A stretch of 32,000 nucleotides of DNA, taken from contig NC_013849.1 of NCBI RefSeq assembly GCF_000025505.1, positions 180,001-212,000 of the forward strand, written 5' to 3'. Below the pieces are notes generated by a model that saw only the letters and a list, made by a program, of their open reading frames with translations, did no database searches and was not told the DNA's origin. The translations under genes and the position numbers were made by a program. Within the stretch, counting starts at the first letter, position 1. Each line of letters opens with the position of its first letter. The DNA comes from Ferroglobus placidus DSM 10642. GTDB taxonomy: Archaea > Halobacteriota > Archaeoglobi > Archaeoglobales > Archaeoglobaceae. This document shows, piece by piece, positions 12,647 through 21,527 of this stretch.

Positions 12647-12668
12647 ATTTGAGCAATTGCTCAAATAT
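12645..12668. promoter_or_regulatory. Perfect 24-bp palindromic ArsR-type operator ATATTTGAGCAATTGCTCAAATAT
   Basis: Exact palindrome overlapping the ArsR start codon, with TATA-like TTTATATGA immediately upstream on minus strand. Confidence 0.85.
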
Positions 12669-13566
12669 CATATAAATGTTGTCCCCAAATGATTCTCAGT
12701 GCGACGAAAACGTGAGCTAAAACTAAGCCGATGATGCATGAAATTTCGTTTGCCAAAAAAGTTAACGCAGCCACTCTTGCACCAGTTTTATACCCGAAAA
12801 GGGATATGTTTAGAGGTACGGTGTACCTAACAGCTTCTACAGCCCTGTGCAATGCTAACGCTACAAAAAGGAGAATCAAAACTACCTCTTCGTTCAACTT
12901 ACCTTCCGAAAGAAGCGAACCAGCCACACCAAACCCAGCTAATGTGCTTCCAGCTCCAGCTAAAATTAGCATCGATCTCTCGTCGATAGGTGTAAAATTG
13001 TCCGAGTTTATTAAAAAAGCCGTGAGGAGGACAGTTAAAGAGATTATTAAAGAAACTCTGAAAAACGTTTTTAAAGCGAAGAGTAAAGAACTGAATACTG
13101 GTTGCTCGTTTCTATAGTCCATTATTGTTTCAGTTGACATAGTGATTTTTCTGCCAAAACTGTAGGCAATTCCAGCTATGATAAATTTCGAAAGTAGCTC
13201 TATTGTCAGAAACGAAACTCCGAGTTTGAAGCCAAGGGTGGAAATAGACACTGGAGCGAGGGTTAAAAAAGTGCTACGAATTGATAGCGGTAATAGACCC
13301 AATACTGACGCTATAACAACTTCTTTTTCATTGATAACTCCCTTTTTGTACATTTCTGCCAGAACGGATAGACCAACTGCTTTATCTGCGAAAAATGCAG
13401 CCACCGCAGCACTACTTCTAATTTTAAAAAACTTTACAGAGTATTTTGTAATGTGGCGAAAAATCGGTGAGGAGATTATCAAGCTTCCCGCAAGTATTCC
13501 GAGAAAAATTCTCGGTAGAATTGTTTGAAGTACAAGCACGGCTTCACCGATCACTTTTTCACTCAC
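12661..13566 (-). CDS. Multi-TM membrane protein, nucleoside-recognition/GATE-domain-like
   Basis: Hydrophobic protein with two related halves (SLIISSPIFRHITKY...FADKAVGLSVLAEMYKKGVINEKEVVIASVLGLLPLS); directly upstream of ArsR. Confidence 0.6.
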   Translation of the reverse strand: MSEKVIGEAVLVLQTILPRIFLGILAGSLIISSPIFRHITKYSVKFFKIRSSAAVAAFFADKAVGLSVLAEMYKKGVINEKEVVIASVLGLLPLSIRSTFLTLAPVSISTLGFKLGVSFLTIELLSKFIIAGIAYSFGRKITMSTETIMDYRNEQPVFSSLLFALKTFFRVSLIISLTVLLTAFLINSDNFTPIDERSMLILAGAGSTLAGFGVAGSLLSEGKLNEEVVLILLFVALALHRAVEAVRYTVPLNISLFGYKTGARVAALTFLANEISCIIGLVLAHVFVALRIIWGQHLYDI

Positions 13567-13701
13567 TTCTTCAACATAAAACGATTTTCAAATAAGTTTT
13601 TCCAAAATTTCAAATTACTATAACATAAATTGCTACGTAAATTTAAAATCAAACATTGTTAGTGTTAAGGTAATGCCTCAGTAATGTTTATATTCAATTA
13701 G

Positions 13702-14001
13702 TTGGATAAATCGGTGATGATGTGTCCGCATTGCAAATCGATAAAAACTGTGAAAATGGGCTGTTATTACACGAAATCTGGTGAGAGGAGGCAGAGATAC
13801 AAATGCAAGAGCTGCGGGAGAACTTTCGTTTTGAATCCGATAAAGCCGAGGAATTATCCCGAGGAATTTAAGGAGATGGTAGTTAGAGCTGTTGTGAAGG
13901 AGGGTGTAGGGATAAGACAAGCGAGCAGAATTTTCAAGCTTTCTCCTAACACTGTGACAGCTTGGGTAAGAGAATTTTCTAAAAAAAGACCTGAGAAATG
14001 A
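13702..14001 (+). CDS. IS1-family transposase, InsA-like zinc-finger/HTH ORF
   Basis: MCPHCKSIKTVKMG...RYKCKSCGRTFVLNP...FKLSPNTVTAWVREFSKKRPEK. Confidence 0.85.
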   Translation: MDKSVMMCPHCKSIKTVKMGCYYTKSGERRQRYKCKSCGRTFVLNPIKPRNYPEEFKEMVVRAVVKEGVGIRQASRIFKLSPNTVTAWVREFSKKRPEK

Positions 14002-14416
14002 GATTAGATCGGAAAAGCCTGTTATCGAGTTAGATGAAGCTTGGAGTTTTGTTAAGAAAAAGGAAAACGAAATCTGGATTTGGATTGCTTTAGAGAGAAA
14101 TTCCCGAAAAATAATAAGTTATGCAATAGGAGATCGTTCTGTGGATACTTTCAAGAAATTGTGGGACGGAATTGGCGATGAAATAAAGCGGAAAGCAATT
14201 TTCTACACGGATCGCTGGGACGCTTATAATTTGATTCCTTACAGGCAGAGAATCGTAAGAAGAGGAGGAACGAACCACGTTGAAAGGTTATTCTTAACTC
14301 TGAGAAATGATAATCCGAGATTCGCAAGAAAATCAATCAGATTCTCAAAATCCTCGGAAATGCTCGAAAATTCTTTTAAATTGTGGATTCATTACTATAA
14401 TTTATCAACATTATAG
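13970..14416 (+). CDS. IS1-family transposase, InsB-like DDE ORF (needs frameshift from InsA)
   Basis: DLRNEIRSEKPVIELDEAWSFVKKKENEIWIWIALERNSRKIISYAIGDRSVDTF...FYTDRWDAYNLIP...RIVRRGGTNHVERLFLTLRNDNPRFARKS; frame +2 open from 13970. Confidence 0.82.
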   Translation, partial: ENFLKKDLRNEIRSEKPVIELDEAWSFVKKKENEIWIWIALERNSRKIISYAIGDRSVDTFKKLWDGIGDEIKRKAIFYTDRWDAYNLIPYRQRIVRRGGTNHVERLFLTLRNDNPRFARKSIRFSKSSEMLENSFKLWIHYYNLSTL

Positions 14417-14475
14417 TGACACTACCAGTGTTAAGAATAGAAAAACTTTTAAGAAATTTGATGTAGCCATTGTAA

Positions 14476-15216
14476 ATGATCGACATAAAAGAAGAAATAA
14501 GAAGGTACTGGGACTACAGGAGCAGGGATTACGACCTTTCTCCCGGACACTCGGGTTTGCCGGAGGTGTGGAAAGAGGTTTTAGCGGAAATTTTCGAAGA
14601 CAAAATGAGAATTTTGGACGTTGGCACGGGAACCGGTTTTTTAGCAGTAATACTGGCTGAGCTCGGTCACGAGGTTGTTGGAATTGACATATCTGAAGAA
14701 ATGCTAAAAGTGGCTCGAAGAAAGGCGGTAGATAAAGGAGTTCGTATTGACTTTAGAGTTGGTGATGCCGAAAATTTGCCTTTTGATGACGAAGAATTCG
14801 ATGCAGCAGTATGTAGACACGTTCTTTGGACTTTACCAAACCCGGAAAGAGCGATAAGTGAATGGAAGAGAGTCGTGAAAAAAGGAGGTAAAGTTGTCAT
14901 CATAGATGGAAATTGGGAACACGGAATTCTCGCTACGCTAAAAAGACTTTTGGGAAAAGCGGGAATGGTAATTTTTGAAGGAAAGCTTCCAAAAAACAAT
15001 TCTTACAGCAAGGAAGTTAAGAAAGCACTCCCATGCTACGGATCTCTGACTGAAGAGAAAGTATTTGAGCTCATGAAAAAGGCGGGATTGTCGAGAATTT
15101 CCATCAGAGATTTAACTTGGATAAGGAAGTTGATTCTCAAAAATAGACCGGCATATTACAGATTCGCTTGGAGCGGTAAATCGTACTTTTTGGCTGAAGG
15201 TGTAAAGGAGGTGTAA
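14476..15216 (+). CDS. SAM-dependent class I methyltransferase
   Basis: ILDVGTGTGFLAVILAELGHEVVGIDISEEMLKVARRKA. Confidence 0.85.
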   Translation: MIDIKEEIRRYWDYRSRDYDLSPGHSGLPEVWKEVLAEIFEDKMRILDVGTGTGFLAVILAELGHEVVGIDISEEMLKVARRKAVDKGVRIDFRVGDAENLPFDDEEFDAAVCRHVLWTLPNPERAISEWKRVVKKGGKVVIIDGNWEHGILATLKRLLGKAGMVIFEGKLPKNNSYSKEVKKALPCYGSLTEEKVFELMKKAGLSRISIRDLTWIRKLILKNRPAYYRFAWSGKSYFLAEGVKEV

Positions 15217-15220
15217 AGCT

Positions 15221-16324
15221 TTGAAGAAAATTGGAGTTTTTGTTCTATTATTGCTTGTTTTAGCATCCGGCTGTGCTCAGAAGGAGGTAAAAAAGGTCGA
15301 AGAAAGGAAAAGTGTAATTGTAGAGGATCTGATGGGAAGGAAAGTTGAGGTAAAGGTTCCGGTGGAAAGAGTAGTCATTACGTTTAACGTCGAAGAGTAC
15401 GTGGCTGTGGGAGGTGTCGATGCTCTTAAGAAGATAGTCGGTTGGAGCAAATATTACTGGGAGGGCAGAAGACCAACGGTCTGGAAAACGTATATCGAAA
15501 GGTATCCATGGATCGACGAGATTCCCGACGTTGGCTACCCTTGGAAGGGTACGTTCAGCGCTGAAAAGGTAATCGAGCTGCAACCGGATGTTGTTATAAT
15601 GTCGAAGGAGCAGTACAAATACGTAAAGGACGATATAGCAAAACTTGAAAAAGCGGGAATTCCGGTTGTCTTCATAGATTATTACAGACCTTTCAACATA
15701 TCTACCCACGAAAAAAGCACGTTAATTCTTGGTAAGTTGCTTGGAAAAGAGGAGAGGGCGAAAGAGCTAATTGAACACTACAAAAAAGAAGTTGAAGGCG
15801 TTCTAAAAAGGCTAAGTGAGATTGAGAAAACCTACGAAAGACCGAAAGTTCTCCTTCTCGGGAAGGGGTGGACGAGTTATGGAAGCAAGCACTACAGAGG
15901 GGAGATGATCGAATTTGCCGGAGGAAGAAACATAGCTTCAGAAGTTCTTGAACAGTCTGGAGAGATAAGTCCGGAATACGTTCTGAAAGAAAATCCAGAC
16001 GTTGTAATTTTCATAGGAAAGAAGGGATGGAACGTAGATCTCGGATACGGAATTGACAGAGAATTGGCGGAGAGGATGCTTGAAGAGCAAATCAAACGAC
16101 CCGGCTGGGAAAATCTGAATGCTGTTAAGAACAAGAGAGTTTACGCGATCCACATATACTTCGTCCACGGACACATTTTCGATTTTGTGGCTTTGCAGTA
16201 TTTTGCCAAGTGGTTTTATCCAGAGGAGTTCAAGGATTTAGATCCGGAAAATTCCTGGAAAGAGTTTCACGAGAAGTTCCTGCCAGTAGATTACAGCGGA
16301 ACCTGGGCTGTGAAGCTGGAGTAA
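15221..16324 (+). CDS. Iron-chelate/cobalamin-type ABC transporter substrate-binding lipoprotein
   Basis: LLLLVLASGCAQ lipobox; VIVEDLMGRKVEVKVPVERVVI ... PDVVIMSK; TTG start with GGAGGTG ahead. Confidence 0.85.
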   Translation: MKKIGVFVLLLLVLASGCAQKEVKKVEERKSVIVEDLMGRKVEVKVPVERVVITFNVEEYVAVGGVDALKKIVGWSKYYWEGRRPTVWKTYIERYPWIDEIPDVGYPWKGTFSAEKVIELQPDVVIMSKEQYKYVKDDIAKLEKAGIPVVFIDYYRPFNISTHEKSTLILGKLLGKEERAKELIEHYKKEVEGVLKRLSEIEKTYERPKVLLLGKGWTSYGSKHYRGEMIEFAGGRNIASEVLEQSGEISPEYVLKENPDVVIFIGKKGWNVDLGYGIDRELAERMLEEQIKRPGWENLNAVKNKRVYAIHIYFVHGHIFDFVALQYFAKWFYPEEFKDLDPENSWKEFHEKFLPVDYSGTWAVKLE

Positions 16325-16325
16325 T

Positions 16326-17360
16326 ATGTCGGATGTGGCAGAGATCTACTCAAAAATCGTTCAAAAACGTTTTTTATTTATTTTCCTGTTTTTAATTCTC
16401 TCTTCGCTAATATCCCTTGTAAACTTAATCGTTGGTCCAGCTAAACTGAGCGTTCTTGAAATTCTCCAGAGCTTGACTTCCCCAAGCAAGAATACTGCGA
16501 GCGTTGTTGTGTGGGAATACAGACTTCCATGGACGCTTATGGCGATCCTCGTTGGAGGTGCCCTCGGATTGGCTGGTTTACAAATGCAGACTATCTTAAA
16601 CAACCCGTTAGCAAGTCCGTACACTCTTGGCATATCTTCGGGAGCTGGATTTGGGGCTGCATTGGCTTACGTGCTTGGAATTCACATTATAGCTGTTCCA
16701 TCGGAGTTCATCGTTCCGATAAACGCTTTCGTTTTTTCTTTTCTCACGTGCATGCTGATATTGCTCATTGGGAAGGTGAGAGGGTTCACAAGCGAGACGC
16801 TTATTCTCGGAGGAATAGCGATCTCTTTTATGTTCCAGTCTTTATTAGCACTGCTTGAATATTACGCAAGCGAAGAAGCTCTTCAGGCGATAGTCTTCTG
16901 GCTTTTCGGGAGTTTAACTAAAGCATCCTTGCTTAAAGCTCAAATAGTGGCGGTAGTTTTGGTTGCGGTGACAATTCTGCTCCTCTTCAGATCCTGGAAA
17001 ATTACAGCTTTGAGACTGGGGGAGGAAAAAGCGAAATCTCTTGGTGTTGACGTGGAGTCGTTGAGAGTGGAAATTCTGCTCTACGTGTCAATTCTTACGT
17101 CTGTAGCGATATGTTTTGTCGGCATAATTGGTTTTGTCGGACTCGTCGCTCCGCACATTGCAAGAATCCTTCTCGGAGAGGATCAGAGGTTTTTGATTGT
17201 TGGATCAATCTTATGCGGTGGATTAATTCTTTCCGCCGGAGCGGTTGTCAGTAAAACGATCGTTCCTGGAGCGATATTCCCGATAGGAATAATAACGTCG
17301 ATGCTCGGGATACCTTTCTTCTTATTCCTCGTATTGAAAGGGAGGAGGGAGATATGGTAG
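16326..17360 (+). CDS. FecCD/BtuC-family ABC permease
   Basis: YRLPWTLMAILVGGALGLAGLQMQTILNNPLASPYTLGISSGAGFGAAL; GFVGLVAPHIAR. Confidence 0.93.
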   Translation: MSDVAEIYSKIVQKRFLFIFLFLILSSLISLVNLIVGPAKLSVLEILQSLTSPSKNTASVVVWEYRLPWTLMAILVGGALGLAGLQMQTILNNPLASPYTLGISSGAGFGAALAYVLGIHIIAVPSEFIVPINAFVFSFLTCMLILLIGKVRGFTSETLILGGIAISFMFQSLLALLEYYASEEALQAIVFWLFGSLTKASLLKAQIVAVVLVAVTILLLFRSWKITALRLGEEKAKSLGVDVESLRVEILLYVSILTSVAICFVGIIGFVGLVAPHIARILLGEDQRFLIVGSILCGGLILSAGAVVSKTIVPGAIFPIGIITSMLGIPFFLFLVLKGRREIW

Positions 17361-18154
17361 TCGTTGAAGTAAAAGACGTTAAATTCGGTTACAATTCCTC
17401 GGAAGAGATTTTAAAAGGAGTTAGCTTTAAATCGAATCCGGGAGAAATAACCGCCGTAATAGGTCCGAACGGGGCTGGCAAGTCGACTCTTTTGAAAATA
17501 ATAGCGAAAATCCTAAAGCCTAAATCTGGAACGGTGCTATTTGACGGAAAAAATCTGAGTAGAGAAGAAACGACAAAAATCGTAAGCTACTTGCCGCAGG
17601 AAAGTTCAATTCCCGGAATTTTGACAGTTTTCGAAGCTGTTCTCCTCGGAAGACTTCCACATTTGTCGTGGAGAGTAAAGAGAGAAGATCTTGAGATTAC
17701 GAAGAACGTTCTTACCGAACTTAGGCTTGAGAGGTATGCGGAAAGATATACCAATCAGTTAAGTGGGGGAGAAAGACAGATGGTGCTTATAGCTCAAGCT
17801 CTCGTAAGAGAGCCGAAAGTTCTGCTTTTAGACGAGCCTGTGTCGAATTTAGACATGAGAAACCAGCTTGAGATACTCGAACTCATCAGAAGGTTCTCCA
17901 AAGAAAAGGAAATTTCCACCATCGTAATTTTACACGATCTAAACTTGGCAGCGAAATATGCAGATAAAATAGTATTACTAAATAATGGAAGTGTTCGGGC
18001 GTATGGAGGTGTAAAATCCGTGCTTCGTCCAGAAGTTTTGGCTGAAGTTTACGGAGTTGAAGTTGACATAATAAGCTCGAACGATGATAGTATTCGGGTT
18101 TTTCCGATAAAACCACTTTCGGATTTTCGCGGTGAAAGGATTAAAGTTTTGTAG
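17354..18154 (+). CDS. ABC transporter ATP-binding protein (FepC/BtuD-like)
   Basis: GPNGAGKSTLLK Walker A, LSGGERQMVLIAQALVREPKVLLLDEPVSNLD. Confidence 0.93.
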   Translation: MVVVEVKDVKFGYNSSEEILKGVSFKSNPGEITAVIGPNGAGKSTLLKIIAKILKPKSGTVLFDGKNLSREETTKIVSYLPQESSIPGILTVFEAVLLGRLPHLSWRVKREDLEITKNVLTELRLERYAERYTNQLSGGERQMVLIAQALVREPKVLLLDEPVSNLDMRNQLEILELIRRFSKEKEISTIVILHDLNLAAKYADKIVLLNNGSVRAYGGVKSVLRPEVLAEVYGVEVDIISSNDDSIRVFPIKPLSDFRGERIKVL

Positions 18155-18174
18155 GAAAAATTCATAGCTCTTTT

Positions 18175-19191
18175 ATGATGAGTAGAAGAACGTTTTTAAA
18201 AAGCACGCTGGCGATTTTACTTTCTAGCTGCGTTACGAGAAAATCTGAAAGTAAGATTGAAGAGAGAACGATTACAGAATTCCCGAAAGCTAAAGATTCG
18301 AAAGTTTACGTCGTAAAAACTGAAAATAGAGAATACGGAGTTGAAAAACTCCTCGAAAACTTTGACCTCGAAGGTATTAAAGAATCGAGAGTGGCGATAA
18401 AAGCGAACTACAACAGCGCCGATCCTTTTCCAGCTACAACTCATCTAAAAACGCTATCGGCAATAGTAGATAAGCTAAAAGAGTTGAAAGCGCAAGTGAT
18501 ACTCGCTGAGCGAAGCGGAATGGGGGAAACAAGACGAGTTCTCGAAGAAATGGGCGTTATTAGCCTCGCTGCAAAAAAAGAGTTTGACGTTGTCGTTCTC
18601 GATGATCTAAAAGCCGAAGATTGGGTGAGAGAAAAATTCGAGGGAATGAACTGGAAAAGAGGCTACTTGTTTCCAAGAGTTTTTAAAGAAAGTGCAGTCG
18701 TTCAAACCTGCTGCTTGAAAACCCACAGATTCGGGGGACACTTCACGCTATCGCTGAAAAACAGCGTCGGGATGGTGGCGAAATTCGATCCCCTCGACGG
18801 ATACAACTACATGGCTGAACTTCATTCGTCGAAGAACATGAGAAAGATGATTGCAGAAATCAACGTCTCGTATCAACCAGAGTTCGTAGTTCTCGACGCT
18901 ATCAAAGGTTTTTCTACCGGTGGTCCAGAAACCGGATCGATTATAGAGCCGAAACTCATGATAGCAAGTAGAGACAGAGTTGCCGTTGACGCTGTGGGAG
19001 TAGCCATTCTCAGAATCTACGGAACGACGAGAGAAGTTTCGAAGGGAAGCGTTTTCGAACAGGAGCAGATAGCGAGGGCGGTTGAGTTAAACCTGGGAGC
19101 AAAATCTCCAGAAGATATCGAGCTAATACCGCTGAACAGAGAAGCTGAAGAGATGTGCGAGAAAATTGAAGAGATGTTGAAGCAAGTGTAG
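18175..19191 (+). CDS. DUF362-family protein with Tat signal and lipobox
   Basis: MSRRTFLKSTLAILLSSC N-terminus; VAIKANYNSADPFPATTHLKTL ... TCCLKTHRFGGHFTLSLKNSVG. Confidence 0.75.
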   Translation: MMSRRTFLKSTLAILLSSCVTRKSESKIEERTITEFPKAKDSKVYVVKTENREYGVEKLLENFDLEGIKESRVAIKANYNSADPFPATTHLKTLSAIVDKLKELKAQVILAERSGMGETRRVLEEMGVISLAAKKEFDVVVLDDLKAEDWVREKFEGMNWKRGYLFPRVFKESAVVQTCCLKTHRFGGHFTLSLKNSVGMVAKFDPLDGYNYMAELHSSKNMRKMIAEINVSYQPEFVVLDAIKGFSTGGPETGSIIEPKLMIASRDRVAVDAVGVAILRIYGTTREVSKGSVFEQEQIARAVELNLGAKSPEDIELIPLNREAEEMCEKIEEMLKQV

Positions 19192-19445
19192 ATATACTGC
19201 GAAGATTTCACGGATTTTTCTTATAAGAAGAGACCATTATTGCAAAACTAACACTCGCTGTTAGCTATGGTCTACTTTTTCTCAAGAGCATGACTTTGTA
19301 TAATAAAATGTCACCATCAGTCTTACGAATCTAAGACACCTCGATGACTGTCATGCAAACCCTTCTGAAGAAGTTGTAAGATAGGTTAAATGCAATTCGC
19401 TAGTAACTCAGAGTGATCTTTAATTTAATTCTCTATCCAGCTTAA

Positions 19446-19874
19446 CTTTTTCTTTAACACTTGTTCTCGAAAGTAGCTTTTATATCTTTCTTAAACTCAT
19501 CAGTCGTCCAAGATTCATTATAATAGTACTTGATCCTAAGTCCGTACAAGCCAGCGACTGCAAGCAGAAGGATTATCGTAGGTATTTCAGCGTTGTGTTC
19601 TCCTCTGTACAGGCTTACGAGAAGGTCTTCTATTTCCTTTTTTAGCTCCTTATACTACTCATCTGTGTTCTTCTGTGCCAAATTTTAGACTCCCGCATTC
19701 GTAACACTCAATTTCGAAAGTGCTTTCCTCTTCTCCTCCAATATCTTCCCTTCCAGCGAAACCGTTGCACATGTACTTCTTAATCACTTTAGCATAAACT
19801 TCAAAAGTTAAACCCAACAAAACAGGATTCCCATAAAAAAACACATCCAGTAGGTTGTCAGGCAACCCGAACAA
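19446..19874 (-). pseudogene. Decayed ORF of unknown function in at least two frames
   Basis: 71-aa ORF ending ...CYECGSLKFGTEEHR* continues in another frame, after an in-frame TAG, as YKELKKEIEDLLVSLYRGEHNAEIPTIILLLAVAGLYGLRIKYYYNESWTTDEFKKDIKATFENKC*; left limit approximate. Confidence 0.4.
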
Positions 19875-19981
19875 AAATACTCCTTATATCAACTATAGAC
19901 TATCAGAAAATTACTTTTTAACTTTATTTGGAGTCTTGATTCATAGATATCTATTGAACAGTTTACATAACCTCATCTAAA

Positions 19982-20374
19982 TCAGAAATCGGAGAATAAA
20001 TAACCCTTTGTGATCATTTCCTTTAAGATTTGACTAGCTCCCTCTTTAGAGATTATATTCTTTTCAATGCAGCGAACTAAAACACCGATGGTTCCAGATA
20101 CAGGAACTCCTAAAATATTTGCAAATTTTCTCGCATCCGAATCATCTGTTAGAAATTTCATGTTGCGGTTCTTCGCAATGGCTAAGCAGGATGCTTCTCC
20201 CTTTCCCAATTTTACTCTTAGAGAATTGTAAAGTTCCATCTCCTCTCCCCTTAACTTTAGCACTTCAAAATCGAGAAATATGTTGGGTAAAATACTCCTT
20301 TTAACTCTCCTTCTAAACTCCTCTAAAACTTGTTCCGTTACGTATATCGGCACTGTCAAGATAACCACCTCCAA
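19982..20374 (-). pseudogene. C-terminal part of PIN-domain (VapC-like) toxin gene, split by IS
   Basis: VPIYVTEQVLEEFRRRV...LGKGEASCLAIAKNRNMKFLTDDSDARKFANILGVPVSGTIGVL; N-terminal part found at 21030-21137. Confidence 0.7.
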
Positions 20375-21001
20375 TAATTATAGAAAGCAGCAAAACTCTC
20401 CAACCAGCTCTGAACTGACTCAAAAGAACTCCTGTAAGGAAACCTGTTGTTAAACCTCTTCGTTCTGTCTTTAAGCTGGGAAAACAGGCTTTCAATGCTA
20501 TTTCTCCTCCCAAACGTTTCATGTTGATACTTCAAACCAAGCCTTTTCAAAGCCCAGAGATACCAGAAACCCCTGTCAACGACTACTTCTGGCTTATCCT
20601 CACAGTATCTCAGCACTTCCTTTAAGGAAAACGTAGGCATGAAAGCTGCTCCTTCCATCAGAAGCCCAGATAAACAGTATCTCTCCAGTTTCCACGTCTC
20701 TCGATGACCAGACGAATATCTGCTTGTTTTCAAGCTTAAGCTTCGTCTCGTCTATCGCTATAAGCTTCCTCTCCTTTTTCTCTGGAAGCATTATAACCTT
20801 CTTAAGCTTGTGAAAGTAAATTCTTGCTGATTCATGGTTTATATCCTGAAATAGAGACATGAACTTGCTTGTTTTTCTTAAAGAGAGTCCAAAGAAGTAT
20901 AATAAAGCTGATAGTATCTTAATTTTAACATCTTTTTTGTTTCTCCGAAAGACTTTTGTAGCTTCGATTTCCTCTATCAGCTGGTGGAGTGTGGGCAGCA
21001 T
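20356..21001 (-). pseudogene. DDE transposase (IS6/IS240-like pattern), frameshifted
   Basis: AIDETKLKLENKQIFVW...DRGFWYLWALKRLGLKYQHETFGRRNSIESLFSQLKDRTKRF in two ORFs (20600-21001, 20356-20733); one extra A (T on plus, 20631-20633) breaks the frame. Confidence 0.75.
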
Positions 21002-21038
21002 AGGTTGTATTCTGGTTATTTATTTTTTCTTATTTTGA
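20374..21038 (-). mobile_element. DDE-transposase IS remnant inserted in the PIN gene; exact ends uncertain
   Basis: Flanked by identical CACCTCCA at 20366-20373 and 21039-21046; no convincing terminal inverted repeats found by eye. Confidence 0.6.
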
Positions 21039-21137
21039 CACCTCCACATATATCTTCTCGAAAACTACTTTTATGTGTAAATCTAATCTATTCACCTTTG
21101 CAAAGTTTGAAAGAACGGTGTTATCGATTAAAACCAT
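21030..21137 (-). pseudogene. N-terminal part of PIN-domain toxin gene
   Basis: MVLIDNTVLSNFAKVNRLDLHIKVVFEKIYVEVSK*; joins in frame with the C-terminal part if IS and one CACCTCCA copy are removed. Confidence 0.65.
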
Positions 21138-21406
21138 TTGATAGCTCGACTTCAACCATTACATCTTCCCTACTTAGCATCCTTATCGGAATCCCTTTTC
21201 TTAAGAAGGTCAATCAATTCGTCTCGCGTAATTTCGAGCAATTTTGCAGCTTTAGATAGACTAATTAATCCCTATACATATGCAGAAATGACGATCTCCT
21301 CGAACAATTCCTTATCCTTCTTGAGGTTCCTAAGTAAGTCCCCTAACCTCTTAGGATTCGTTTTAACTACATTCTCTATACCTTTCAAAACCCAAACATT
21401 CTCCAT
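21121..21406 (-). pseudogene. UPF0175-like antitoxin gene, degenerate
   Basis: MENVWVLKGIENVVKTNPKRLGDLLRNLKKDKELFEEIVISAYV*GLISLSKAAKLLEITRDELIDLLKK(fs)GIPIRMLSREDVMVEVELSNGFNR*; TAG at 21272-21274, frameshift near 21193-21202. Confidence 0.6.
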
Positions 21407-21527
21407 CCCCATCCACTCTTCCTTTTTTAAGTTTCATTCAAGACTGCTGAATCTTTTTCAATTTCTCCTTTTTTACGTCTTTCCTCTAAATTACCTTATG
21501 CCATAATTTTAAATCAACTTTGAATCT

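Larger units (their letters stand above)
13669..14426 (+). mobile_element. IS1-family insertion sequence, copy 1 (758 bp), intact ends
   Basis: Ends GGTAATGCCTCAGTAATG and rc GGTAGTGTCACTATAATG; perfect 8-bp flanking duplication AGTGTTAA at 13661-13668 and 14427-14434. Confidence 0.93.

Noticed and set aside
13970-14001. Classical IS1 -1 programmed frameshift
   Set aside because: Reading -1 at the A7 tract gives AAG ACC TGA, an immediate stop; the DDE frame needs the other shift.
20313-20522. 69-aa ORF MKRLGGEIALKACFPSLK...
   Set aside because: Alternate frame of the transposase segment; the DDE frame explains this DNA.
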